Position numbers and translations under genes: made by a program. The notes beneath the pieces are model-generated. The model was not told the origin of the DNA. It worked only from the letters and a program-made list of their open reading frames with translations, and searched no databases. From the IMG/VR virus record IMGVR_UViG_3300023093_000001, positions 1 to 59,490 of that record: 59,490 bases of DNA; one strand, 5' to 3'. Positions 9,467 to 18,036 of this stretch are shown one piece after another; the stretch's first letter is position 1, and every line of letters starts with the position of its first letter. The DNA is from a virus. Taxonomy: Duplodnaviria > Caudoviricetes.

Positions 9467-11214
9467 TCGAACGCCTCCTTGTTTAAGTTCCATGCGATAT
9501 AGGCGTCCATCATGGCTGCCACGTTGTCGATCTTGGCTTCCTGACGCTTCTTGAAGAGCTTTCGGTTACCGTTAGTGTCTTCTAGAACGATACAGTTACC
9601 CATAGCAAACTTCATGAGTTCCTGATCGAATATGAGAGCGCGCTCCTCGCTGAACTTCTTGAGCTCACCTAGCGGAACTGACTCCGACTTAACGCCCTGG
9701 ATGACCTTCTCGATGCCGTAGTCTCCATTCTCACGGATGTACCGTTCGACGAAGGTTCGGGCATTGTAGGGGTCATAACCAAAGGCACGAACATCGAAGC
9801 GAGACCGCTGGATGTAATCATCCAGGTCATCGTAGACCTCCATCATGTCAAGGGTTGTACCCTCGAGGACGTGAAGCGATCCTTCTTTGATGAACTCCTC
9901 ATACTTCTGTCGCATAGCCGGAGCCAGCTTCATCTGTGTAAGGGATGAGATGTAACTTCGAGTCTTGATCCCAAAGCCGCCACCAGGTAGCGGGAAGAGG
10001 AAGGTGAACGCACAGAAGTCATCACCCTGTGAAAGGTCGGCACCCATAGCGCAAGGCATCTGCCAGAACTCGGATCGACGATGCAGCAGAGTCTCATCGT
10101 AAGAGAAGAAGTAAGTAAACCCTTCCATTGGGATTCCGAATCTCTTTGCCATGATGTCGTTGACCGAAGAGGGCACGTTAGCCATACGCTCAACGTCGCG
10201 AGCATAAGTATCGTAGGTCACAGTAAGGTCCATGTTAGGCTGAGCCTTACGCCACATCTCAGGGTTAGTAACTTCCTTGGCGCTATCGAGCTTGTAGTGC
10301 CAGATGGAAGTGTGAGGATCGTAGTACTCGCCCTTGAGGATCTTGGCAAGTTCTATTTTGATCGTGTCGCCTGCGCCGTTACGAACTGTACCCTCGGATG
10401 ACATGGCTACAATAATGTAGTCGTCGATCTTTGATGCGCCCTGCTCTATAGCACCAACAACGTCCTCTCGGACATCGCCAGACAGCCACTCGTCGATGGT
10501 GTTGATCTTGGTACGTAGACCCTGAAGCTTGTCGATGCGCATTGGGCGCACTTCTAACAGAGAGTTCGTAAGGAAATTCTCGATGCCCTTCTTAGTGGCA
10601 ACAAGTTTCTGTCGATCCGCTCGGTTACCCGTGGTGTTCTGAAGTGACCCCATTGTAAGGAACCTGAAGTACGGTCCCTTGGCCCGGGCAATAGCAGTAC
10701 GGAAAGGTGCCATGACCTCTTCGGCTTGTTTCATCGTCGGGGCGGTTGTGATCTGGTGTGTGGTCGAGGTATCGACGTTGAGGAAGTAAGCCTGAATGAA
10801 TTCGGCGTACATCGACTTAGCTGCGCCTCGAGCAACGATCAAGTACTGCTTGTTTCGAAGCCGCATCTTGATCATCTTACGGACGTAGTGCCCGCCGTGG
10901 TTGTCTGGGCTGGGCACGTAGACCGTGCGCTCAACAAACCAGAACCATGCAAGAAGATCTTCAGCCCACAGCTTGAATGAGTCGAGCATGTTGACGTCGG
11001 AACCATCTACGAGGGTTAGCTCGTTTTCGCAGTACTTGATGAAGCCGTCGATTGCTTTACTGTCGTAGTAGTAAAGAGGATTGGCGATGAGCCCATCGAT
11101 GAGGTTCATCTGCTGTTCGACTTCCTGGTTAATAGGAATGTCTCCGCGGATGACGGCATCACGGAACGCCGCGTAGTACTTCGGCGTAGCCGTATTGGAC
11201 AGACTCATCGTCAA
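9463..11214 (-). CDS. terL: Terminase large subunit
   Basis: Walker A-like VARGAAKS, Walker B TIDE, nuclease GADLS..DD and KIDNVAAMMDA. Confidence 0.93.
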   Translation of the reverse strand: MTMSLSNTATPKYYAAFRDAVIRGDIPINQEVEQQMNLIDGLIANPLYYYDSKAIDGFIKYCENELTLVDGSDVNMLDSFKLWAEDLLAWFWFVERTVYVPSPDNHGGHYVRKMIKMRLRNKQYLIVARGAAKSMYAEFIQAYFLNVDTSTTHQITTAPTMKQAEEVMAPFRTAIARAKGPYFRFLTMGSLQNTTGNRADRQKLVATKKGIENFLTNSLLEVRPMRIDKLQGLRTKINTIDEWLSGDVREDVVGAIEQGASKIDDYIIVAMSSEGTVRNGAGDTIKIELAKILKGEYYDPHTSIWHYKLDSAKEVTNPEMWRKAQPNMDLTVTYDTYARDVERMANVPSSVNDIMAKRFGIPMEGFTYFFSYDETLLHRRSEFWQMPCAMGADLSQGDDFCAFTFLFPLPGGGFGIKTRSYISSLTQMKLAPAMRQKYEEFIKEGSLHVLEGTTLDMMEVYDDLDDYIQRSRFDVRAFGYDPYNARTFVERYIRENGDYGIEKVIQGVKSESVPLGELKKFSEERALIFDQELMKFAMGNCIVLEDTNGNRKLFKKRQEAKIDNVAAMMDAYIAWNLNKEAFE

Positions 11215-11226
11215 CCCCCTTTCTTG

Positions 11227-11634
11227 TTACAGGCCCTTGAGCAGCTTAGCTACTGCAAGAGCTCCTTCTTTTGCGGTTGGAGACTTGGCGATGGCGACAG
11301 CACCCGCGCCTAGGGAAATGACGGTGCCCGCGGTCTTTAGAACCTTGAGCGTCTTCTCCGTTGTCTCCGCGCCCTTCTTGAACTTGCTCGGGTTTGCCTT
11401 CTTGTACTCTGAGAGGAGCTGGTTTCGCTTGTTCAGCTTGGCCAGATCATCATTGCTCAGATTGTCGACGCCGTTCTTCTTGATACGGGTCTTGATCTTG
11501 TTATACCGAGCAGCATCAGCTGAAGTGTGAGCAGGATTTGAGGATGCTTTACGCACGCCCCACTTCATACCCTTTCTGCCGAAGTGTTCGAAGAAGTCGC
11601 CTTCCGAATACATGTCGGTGAGTAGATCTGTCAT
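11227..11634 (-). CDS. Putative internal head protein (KGMKWG motif)
   Basis: FFEHFGRKGMKWGVRK; basic; N-terminus paralogous to 8378-9466. Confidence 0.65.
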   Translation of the reverse strand: MTDLLTDMYSEGDFFEHFGRKGMKWGVRKASSNPAHTSADAARYNKIKTRIKKNGVDNLSNDDLAKLNKRNQLLSEYKKANPSKFKKGAETTEKTLKVLKTAGTVISLGAGAVAIAKSPTAKEGALAVAKLLKGL

Positions 11635-11646
11635 TACGCCTCCTTC

Positions 11647-12216
11647 CTATGCTGCGATCATTAAGTCAACGCCGTACCATGCGCTGCTAGTTCCAGTGTC
11701 GCCCCCACCATTCAAACTTGGATTTCCGTAGTTATACCGAGACCCTGGAACCGATGTTTGCAGTGGCGAAACGGTCTTAGCCGTTGCTAGCGCATTAGCT
11801 ACAGCGGAGTAACTAACATTATTCAACGAATCTCCACTGACAGGCCGAATGAAAATAGCCGCCGCAACGGCTGCCCCATTTACCATGTTGTACGGCGTTG
11901 CAAACAGTAACTCGTTGAACCCAGACACAGCAGGAGTATCTATACCTTGCGCTAGAACAGAGGCACCTGTTGCTCCAGCGAATAAGAAGGATGTAAGAGT
12001 TTGTCCAACTCCTTCTGGTGGCATCCAGAAACGAATCCCTTTAGCCACAACACCCGCCGAGGTTGCTGATAGTAGAGTTGCGAGTATTAGTCCGCCTGGC
12101 TGGGTTGGGTCGGTATTAGTTCCAGATGGCGTTAGCCCTGCATTCGATGGAAAATATGCAGTACCAGCGCTCCTACGCTTAGCTGAAAGGCCTCGCGCGC
12201 GCAACGCCATACTCAT
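11647..12216 (-). CDS. Virion structural protein, DUF4082-like beta-sandwich
   Basis: GIRFW...WYGVD pattern recalled from DUF4082; fibre cluster. Confidence 0.45.
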   Translation of the reverse strand: MSMALRARGLSAKRRSAGTAYFPSNAGLTPSGTNTDPTQPGGLILATLLSATSAGVVAKGIRFWMPPEGVGQTLTSFLFAGATGASVLAQGIDTPAVSGFNELLFATPYNMVNGAAVAAAIFIRPVSGDSLNNVSYSAVANALATAKTVSPLQTSVPGSRYNYGNPSLNGGGDTGTSSAWYGVDLMIAA

Positions 12217-12593
12217 GCCAGATCGCCAACCACTAGCCAGACGTTTGTCGCTTGCTTCCGAATTGACACGGCCGAGTACTGAGCACGTGTCTTAAGAAGG
12301 CTCCCAGCACTGCGAAGTGTAGTCCCTGTGCCAGCCACGATTGTTACCTGACCAGCACCCATCTGAGCAATCTCAATAACCGTCCCAATAGGGAAAGCAA
12401 CCGAAGAGTTCTGAGGGATAGTGACAGATATAGCGCCCGCGTTAGTGCATTCAATCGCCTTGCTCTGGTCGGCTAGGACGGGCGTGTAAGCTGTTCCAGT
12501 CTGAGCGTTAACCGCAACATACCGTGGCGCTTTACCATTAATTGCAGCTGCAACGGCAGCAAAGCCGAGGGCAACCTGATCTTTAAACGCCAC
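12213..12593 (-). CDS. Fibre/decoration-like structural protein
   Basis: QTGTAYT..L.D, FPIGT.I...QMGAGQVT, W.VVGDL pattern common in phage fibre proteins. Confidence 0.55.
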   Translation of the reverse strand: MAFKDQVALGFAAVAAAINGKAPRYVAVNAQTGTAYTPVLADQSKAIECTNAGAISVTIPQNSSVAFPIGTVIEIAQMGAGQVTIVAGTGTTLRSAGSLLKTRAQYSAVSIRKQATNVWLVVGDLA

Positions 12594-12602
12594 TTATCCC
12601 TC

Positions 12603-13223
12603 CTAAACCAGAGCTGCGTTGAACGCGGTAACGAAATCGGCTGCGGGATCGCCGAGCTGGACCAGAGAAACGGAGCCCATGTTGCTGTTGGCCTGAGCTT
12701 TCTGGGTGGTATCGAGCGTCTGTGCTGCATCATAGCGAACACGGAACCCAACAGCAGTGGTGAGAGCTGCAGCTGCAGTTTCATCGTCGGCCATCGCAGC
12801 TTCGAGTTCGGCAAAGGTATCGAGAGATGCTGATGCACCGCCAATAAGATCACTCTTTACAGCAGCACTTGCGGCCGCGATTGCTGCGTTGATCTTGTTA
12901 GCGGAATATGTCGTCCCAGTGGCTGTAGTTGCCGAGCCATCCGCGATAAGCGCTGCAGCAGCTGCACTAGCGGCCGCGTTAGCGACAGCCGTCGACTTTG
13001 TGGATGAATATACGCTCGTTCCTGAAGCGGTGGCATCGTTGATGACTGCACCTGCGCCAGAAAGCGAAGCCTTGACCTCGTTTATTGCTGCGACGATAGT
13101 CGACTTGTCAGTGGTCGTAAGCGATGCTTTAGACCCTACAAGGTTGGCAATTTCAGTACGAATGGTCTTGAACTCTGTACCGATACGAACGGCAAGGTCC
13201 TGCACCTGATCTTTAAATGTCAT
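12603..13223 (-). CDS. Fibre-like structural protein
   Basis: LTTTDKS.IV.AINEV, YSS.K repeats and LDTFAEL fibre motifs. Confidence 0.6.
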   Translation of the reverse strand: MTFKDQVQDLAVRIGTEFKTIRTEIANLVGSKASLTTTDKSTIVAAINEVKASLSGAGAVINDATASGTSVYSSTKSTAVANAAASAAAAALIADGSATTATGTTYSANKINAAIAAASAAVKSDLIGGASASLDTFAELEAAMADDETAAAALTTAVGFRVRYDAAQTLDTTQKAQANSNMGSVSLVQLGDPAADFVTAFNAALV

Positions 13224-13225
13224 AA

Positions 13226-13390
13226 TTATGCCATTCCGTTCTCGAAGTAGAGGCCTAGTGCCATATCGTCATCATAGGCCGGGTGGGGTGTTTCATCGAC
13301 GATATGTGCCTGTAGCGCAGCGGCAGATGATCCACCACCATCCTCATCAGGTCCTAATTCGCCCAAATAACCAATTAGTTCCTTACCCAT
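13226..13390 (-). CDS. Small hypothetical protein (54 aa, MGKELIGY...), not in the ORF track
   Basis: Manual translation; fills the gap exactly; HIVDETPHPAY motif. Confidence 0.6.
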   Translation of the reverse strand: MGKELIGYLGELGPDEDGGGSSAAALQAHIVDETPHPAYDDDMALGLYFENGMA

Positions 13391-13394
13391 TTGA

Positions 13395-13904
13395 TCACAC
13401 CGTCTTTCGGAAGATCTCGCCAGTTATGAAGTTGATGCCGACTGAGTCGACAGGAGCTTCTGGCGGGAAATCGGCAAGGCCCGTAAGATCCCAAACAGAA
13501 GCTCGGCCCTGAACAGGACCTGGGATTTCAGGTGTTCCTGGGTACAGAATCGAGAAGTCGTCGGCCACATTGAGGCGCCAAATAAGCTCATCAATCTGCT
13601 TCTGTACGGCTTCCAATCCAAATGAAGAAACAGGAGGATCGAAAAGCATTCGAACACGAAGGTATATGTAGGTCTTTACATCGTTGATCTCCATTTTGTT
13701 CCCAATGAACTGGAACCATGAAGCGTTCTCATCCTCGATCATAAAGCCTTCGACGGGGCCAACTCCGGCCTGGTATAGCGTGGAGAAGGCGGAGTTAATG
13801 TGCGTTGTGATGTCCAAATCGAACGCAGTGAACTCTCGATCAAATCCGAGTAGCTTCTTTGTAGACTGAAGAATACTGTCTTTGACAGCGATTGTTTCCG
13901 GCAT
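13395..13904 (-). CDS. Head-to-tail adaptor
   Basis: SIL.STKKLLG, FD.DI..HINSAF..L.Q.GVGP, RMLFDPP motifs. Confidence 0.7.
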   Translation of the reverse strand: MPETIAVKDSILQSTKKLLGFDREFTAFDLDITTHINSAFSTLYQAGVGPVEGFMIEDENASWFQFIGNKMEINDVKTYIYLRVRMLFDPPVSSFGLEAVQKQIDELIWRLNVADDFSILYPGTPEIPGPVQGRASVWDLTGLADFPPEAPVDSVGINFITGEIFRKTV

Positions 13905-14008
13905 TAACTCCGCCTCCTTAGTGCTTGATTACTGGCAGGACTCGCATTGCAAGTCATCCATGGGGTCGACTGGGATGCTGTAGCCACCGATGTTGTCTTC
14001 GGGCCCCA

Positions 14009-14473
14009 TTAGCGGTTTGCCTCCTCGAGGTACACGGCGAACGCTTCCCAGTCTGCCTCTGTGAGGACTGCGTTGGAATCATCAGTCGAATGATTGACAT
14101 ATTCCTTGATCGCGAGGCAGAGGTCCTTGCTCAGACCGGCGCCGGGCTTGAATCCAACCACTTCCTGGATTGCAGCCACGGAAAGGTCGCCCCATTTGCC
14201 GTTTCGGCGAGCGGAGTAGTAGCCACTTGCAGTCAGCTCTTCCTGAATACGCAGCTGAACGCTCGAAGCAGGAGGTGCGAAGGACCAATCGTCACCGCTA
14301 AGCGGGAACGTGATCGACGTCTGGGGTGCGTCCGCGGGAATCTCCACCGGAGGAACAACCTCGGGCGAACCCGGGACGTTGAGCGACGAAAATGTGGGAA
14401 GCTCCTCAACGGGAGGAGTCGGATCGGCCTGAACTGGAGCCGAGTCAAGCGCTTCGTCTGGTTCATACTGCAT
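14009..14473 (-). CDS. Hypothetical protein with a peptidoglycan-binding-like segment
   Basis: Pro/acidic N-terminus; IQEEL...GYY....G.WG..S.AAIQ. Confidence 0.45.
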   Translation of the reverse strand: MQYEPDEALDSAPVQADPTPPVEELPTFSSLNVPGSPEVVPPVEIPADAPQTSITFPLSGDDWSFAPPASSVQLRIQEELTASGYYSARRNGKWGDLSVAAIQEVVGFKPGAGLSKDLCLAIKEYVNHSTDDSNAVLTEADWEAFAVYLEEANR

Positions 14474-14483
14474 TATTGTCTCC

Positions 14484-14900
14484 TTAGCGACGCCAGGGAA
14501 GAGTATCCCCGGGAGTCCGTTCGACTAAGACGCTAGGAGCTCTCTTTCCTGCGCCAAAGTGGATTGCATTATGCGTCGTGTGTGTTACTGTGATCATGAA
14601 CTCCGGATCCAGAATAACCGGGTCGCCATCAGCAACCTGATCTCTGCTCATGGGGTTCATGTGGTGTACGATGATCTTGTCGAAGATCTCATAGCCCTCC
14701 ACCCCCAAATCACAACCCATATCACGGGCAATAACCTGTTGGCGTGTGTGCTTCCACTCGGTTGAGCGGTAGAAATCTTGATTCATCCATCGTTCACCAC
14801 CGAACGTACGATCACCTAGCTTGCTGTAAAGCGAGAGGTACTCGAACCGCTCTTCAAACGTAAACAATCTAGACAGCTTTGTGTAATTAAGCTCAGTCAT
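14484..14900 (-). CDS. HNH endonuclease (packaging-associated)
   Basis: FYRS.EW...R..VI.RD..C, VHH, H..TH.AIH. Confidence 0.85.
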   Translation of the reverse strand: MTELNYTKLSRLFTFEERFEYLSLYSKLGDRTFGGERWMNQDFYRSTEWKHTRQQVIARDMGCDLGVEGYEIFDKIIVHHMNPMSRDQVADGDPVILDPEFMITVTHTTHNAIHFGAGKRAPSVLVERTPGDTLPWRR

Positions 14901-15225
14901 CTACGCTACCGCCCTTGTACTCGGTTACAACATTAATGACTTGAGCGTAAAGCTCTCTAACATCCTCGCTGGCTGCAATTTGGTCAGTGCGTGCCTTGAG
15001 TAGAAGGTTCTCTTGCTCAAGTTTAGCTAGTTCCAAACCGGCTTGAACAGTTCCTTGCTTAAGGAAATGCGTAAGGAGTTGCGAGGTGGCTTTACCGGAG
15101 GAGATCATTTGCTCTGCTGCATCGTACGACATAGCTATCAGCTGATTGTTACGCTGCTCAGGAGTTCTTGCTGGGGCCCTCTTCTTAGAGGAGTCATCTC
15201 CCGGATTTGCCTGTCGTGCTATCAC
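14893..15225 (-). CDS. Probable terminase small subunit
   Basis: 110 aa helical protein next to the HNH gene near the presumed genome end; assignment by synteny. Confidence 0.45.
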   Translation of the reverse strand: MIARQANPGDDSSKKRAPARTPEQRNNQLIAMSYDAAEQMISSGKATSQLLTHFLKQGTVQAGLELAKLEQENLLLKARTDQIAASEDVRELYAQVINVVTEYKGGSVDD

Positions 15226-15243
15226 AGAGTCATCACCTCCTAG

Positions 15244-15627
15244 TTAATTTACATGTGGTCTGTGTGTCCTAATCCACTCGATCGGAATTGTTTCTTCTAT
15301 CTCAACGATGTCGGAAGGGCTTAGATCGGGCGCCTTAGCGTCTTTAGGCCACTGCTGTGAAATGGCTCGAAGAATTCTTGAGATAGCCCCTGTTCTTCGC
15401 TTTTCTCTGTCTTCTAGCGAAGCTATCTTTGTATCTTGCTCGTCGAGACGAGTCCAAGCAGATTGTAATTGCTCAGTGACTCGTGCGTCGATTCTTGCGT
15501 CCAATGCAGTCTTAGCATTGGTTGCTGCGTTCTTGTTTTCGCCTCTACTTTTAAGTAGGACCGCTATAACGGATCCGATGGTCGCAAGCGCACCGAGAAT
15601 TCCGATTACTACCCCCCATGCGTCCAT
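15244..15627 (-). CDS. Membrane protein (N-terminal TM + coiled coil)
   Basis: Start MDAWG overlaps the upstream stop; one TM helix. Confidence 0.65.
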   Translation of the reverse strand: MDAWGVVIGILGALATIGSVIAVLLKSRGENKNAATNAKTALDARIDARVTEQLQSAWTRLDEQDTKIASLEDREKRRTGAISRILRAISQQWPKDAKAPDLSPSDIVEIEETIPIEWIRTHRPHVN

Positions 15628-16118
15628 CAGTCCTCTTCTCTTAACGCTGCAATTCTTGCCGCTTCGATTCTTGCTGCTACTCTTCTGTCTTGCCATTCGG
15701 AACCAAGGAGACTAAGCCTCCAAACAATTGGACATAAGGCAACTGCGGCTACCAGTACCACAAAACCTCTAGAATCCTCACCGACTGCGGTTAGAATAAA
15801 GAGCGCGATGAAGTAACCAACCATCAATCCGAATAGAACTGACTTACCGAAGATCTCGAGCCTCCATTGACTTGGAAAGGCCACACCAATAAAGCAGATA
15901 GCTGCTATGGCCGAAAGCGTGTACGAGAATCCATCCACGAAAGCGTCGGGAAAGAATTCGCTAATCGCAGGGACCCCGAACCTTGCTCCGGAAAACCCAG
16001 CTATGAAGAACAGAGCGTCAATCACTGGATACATGATTCTTTTGAGATTCCGATACTTCCATTCGGCTGGCGGAATTGCACCAGGTGCCCAAATGGAAGC
16101 TAGAAGCAGCTTATGCAT
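15627..16118 (-). CDS. Four-TM membrane protein (possible lysis accessory)
   Basis: Four hydrophobic segments; downstream of the endolysin. Confidence 0.65.
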   Translation of the reverse strand: MHKLLLASIWAPGAIPPAEWKYRNLKRIMYPVIDALFFIAGFSGARFGVPAISEFFPDAFVDGFSYTLSAIAAICFIGVAFPSQWRLEIFGKSVLFGLMVGYFIALFILTAVGEDSRGFVVLVAAVALCPIVWRLSLLGSEWQDRRVAARIEAARIAALREED

Positions 16119-16146
16119 GGCCTCGCCTTTCTTAAAATTTTGATTC

Positions 16147-16254
16147 CATCAAGAGGGACTCTCAAGGAAGATGCTTCGCTGCGCGCCGGCACCTGTCGAA
16201 AGGAGAATGGGCTGATGACACCCGTTTTGTTCGCCTTGAGAATCCCACTTGATG
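16147..16254 (-). other. Long intergenic stem-closed structure
   Basis: catcaag-a-gggactctcaagg pairs with ccttgagaatccc-a-cttgatg. Confidence 0.55.
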
Positions 16255-16294
16255 TAACCAGGTAGGCAAAAATTGAAAGCTGTGTAATCGCAAG

Positions 16295-16340
16295 TTTTGT
16301 GTGAGCCCCAATCCCCGCAAGAGACGAGGCCCACACAAAA
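16295..16340 (-). terminator. Hairpin after the endolysin gene
   Basis: ttttgtgtgagcc ... ggcccacacaaaa. Confidence 0.45.
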
Positions 16341-16343
16341 TAC

Positions 16344-17363
16344 TTACTTGATCAGTCGAGCGTTCTCTGCGTTGGCACGCTGGAGAGCAGCCTTCATGTT
16401 AGGGCCGAGACGGTTGTCGCCGGAGTAGCCCCATCGCTTCGTGAGCCAAGATACGATGCTGCCACCGTAGTTCTTGTTCAGGAAGTTCTGAAGACCACCC
16501 TGTGAACCACCTCCCCACTTGTTGTCGAGCTTACCCGTGTAGCCGTTCTGCTTCGCCACCCATTGAAGACCACGCACATCGCCGATGGAACCGACGTTGG
16601 CGATGGTCACGGCGGGATATGACGTAGAAGCAGGAGGTGCAGAAACGAGGGAGTCAGCATACCGCTGGTGTGCGGCTTGCGTCTGACCCTGCCAGTCCCC
16701 GTCGATCAGGCCGGTGTAGCCCCAAGCGCGAAGGAATGTCTGGTACGCCTTGGTTGCCTTGATGGTCTTCAAACCACGCAATCCATCCTCGGGTCCAGCA
16801 TTATACCCGTGCGCATTCATCCACACCTGACGGTTGTACCAGTCCTGGTTGAAGCCAGGTGCCTGATTGGCTGGCGCGGACGGTGCTCCGCCGATCGAAC
16901 CACGGTAGGTCTTGTGCCAGGGCTCGCCGAAGTTGTAGCCCTCGTTCTCGAAGCCGTAGTCCTTGGCGTGATCTCGCATCCAGTTGTCTCGCGCAGTGCC
17001 TCGAGTCATGACACCCTTGTCGGAGCCAGTGTCGCGGATGTCGAGCGAGCGCGGACCGTTGGGGCCGGACTCCTGGTGATTGGACTGTCCGGGAACTGCG
17101 ACGGTGCCGGCGTTGGAGATGCGGTACCAGAGAGTACCTTTCCAGTTCCGGACGTCGTAGGCCTTGCGCCCCTTGAGGTTGGCAGCCGTTACGTAGCGCA
17201 CTCGGAAGATTGCTTCCTGCTCGGCGTCGGTACGAGTACCACTTGTGATTTCGAGGTGGACTCCAGGGAAGGCCTTCTCGAAGTCCGTGTCCATCCGACG
17301 GAAAGCGGCCGCGACGTTCTGTTCGACGCGCTGGCCATTGATGGTCTCGAATACGTAACTCAT
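16344..17363 (-). CDS. Endolysin: M15/VanY-like peptidase + peptidoglycan-binding domains
   Basis: SGTRT..EQ, SNH......D, EPWH zinc motifs; DG..G..T PG-binding repeats. Confidence 0.88.
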   Translation of the reverse strand: MSYVFETINGQRVEQNVAAAFRRMDTDFEKAFPGVHLEITSGTRTDAEQEAIFRVRYVTAANLKGRKAYDVRNWKGTLWYRISNAGTVAVPGQSNHQESGPNGPRSLDIRDTGSDKGVMTRGTARDNWMRDHAKDYGFENEGYNFGEPWHKTYRGSIGGAPSAPANQAPGFNQDWYNRQVWMNAHGYNAGPEDGLRGLKTIKATKAYQTFLRAWGYTGLIDGDWQGQTQAAHQRYADSLVSAPPASTSYPAVTIANVGSIGDVRGLQWVAKQNGYTGKLDNKWGGGSQGGLQNFLNKNYGGSIVSWLTKRWGYSGDNRLGPNMKAALQRANAENARLIK

Positions 17364-17593
17364 TCGCTTGCCTCCTCTACGCCAGTCGATTCGAACACGG
17401 TGTCTTCGAGGCTGACCCCAGAGACGAATACGAGTTCGTCGTTCTCGTCGAGTCCGTAGGCGTCGGGCTTGCCGTCACCATCAAGATCCACGTCGAGCGG
17501 GAGCAGAGGCTTCTCGTTCCCGTCTTTCTTCCACTGAAGAAGAGTGTCGCGCATGGCAACCTTGTCTTCCTCAGGCATGTCTGAGATTTGCAT
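17360..17593 (-). CDS. Small acidic hypothetical protein
   Basis: AGGAGAAGAACTGATG start; DLDGDGKPD motif. Confidence 0.6.
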   Translation of the reverse strand: MQISDMPEEDKVAMRDTLLQWKKDGNEKPLLPLDVDLDGDGKPDAYGLDENDELVFVSGVSLEDTVFESTGVEEASE

Positions 17594-17680
17594 CAGTTCT
17601 TCTCCTAGGCTTTGTGTCTCAACCCCAAGCCTTCCTACCCACTTCACCCCTGGTTAGAAGGGGAATGGTCTAAGAAAATG

Positions 17681-17751
17681 ACCCCCCGGGGCTATTTTTG
17701 GGGGTCAGGCGATACAGGGAGGGGGTGCCTTTTGCGAGACCCCCCTCCCCC
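17681..17751. other. Probable cos/packaging site region
   Basis: Non-coding G/C runs; inverted repeat gggaggggg/ccccctccc (17717-17749); minus-strand CGCCTGACC at 17703-17711. Confidence 0.55.
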
Positions 17752-17754
17752 TAT

Positions 17755-18027
17755 CTAAGAATCCTCGGACTCTTGGATATTTACTTTGACTTTCTTGAAG
17801 ATGCCGAGCGTATTCTCTCGAATGATTTCATCGATCGCTTGTTCTCGAGCTTCGTCCTGGTCGAGCTCACTCAACTCGTCACTACTTACTGCTATCCTAG
17901 CCAGGAGGCCGGGGCTGTTGTAGCCATGGGAGAAGTCGAACTCAAACCAATCATCCCATTGTGTTGCTGGATCATAAGGATTGTCAACCGTAGTCAACAT
18001 GTGTAGATCAGTCATTAGTTCATTCAC
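17755..18027 (-). CDS. Hypothetical protein
   Basis: MLTTVDNPYDP..QWDDW; follows the RNAP-like gene. Confidence 0.7.
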   Translation of the reverse strand: MNELMTDLHMLTTVDNPYDPATQWDDWFEFDFSHGYNSPGLLARIAVSSDELSELDQDEAREQAIDEIIRENTLGIFKKVKVNIQESEDS

Positions 18028-18036
18028 CTCTATCCA

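Noticed and set aside
16190-16225. Hammerhead-like GAAA and CTGATGA
   Set aside because: Only 10 nt between the motifs, so stems I and III cannot form; it is also on the non-coding strand
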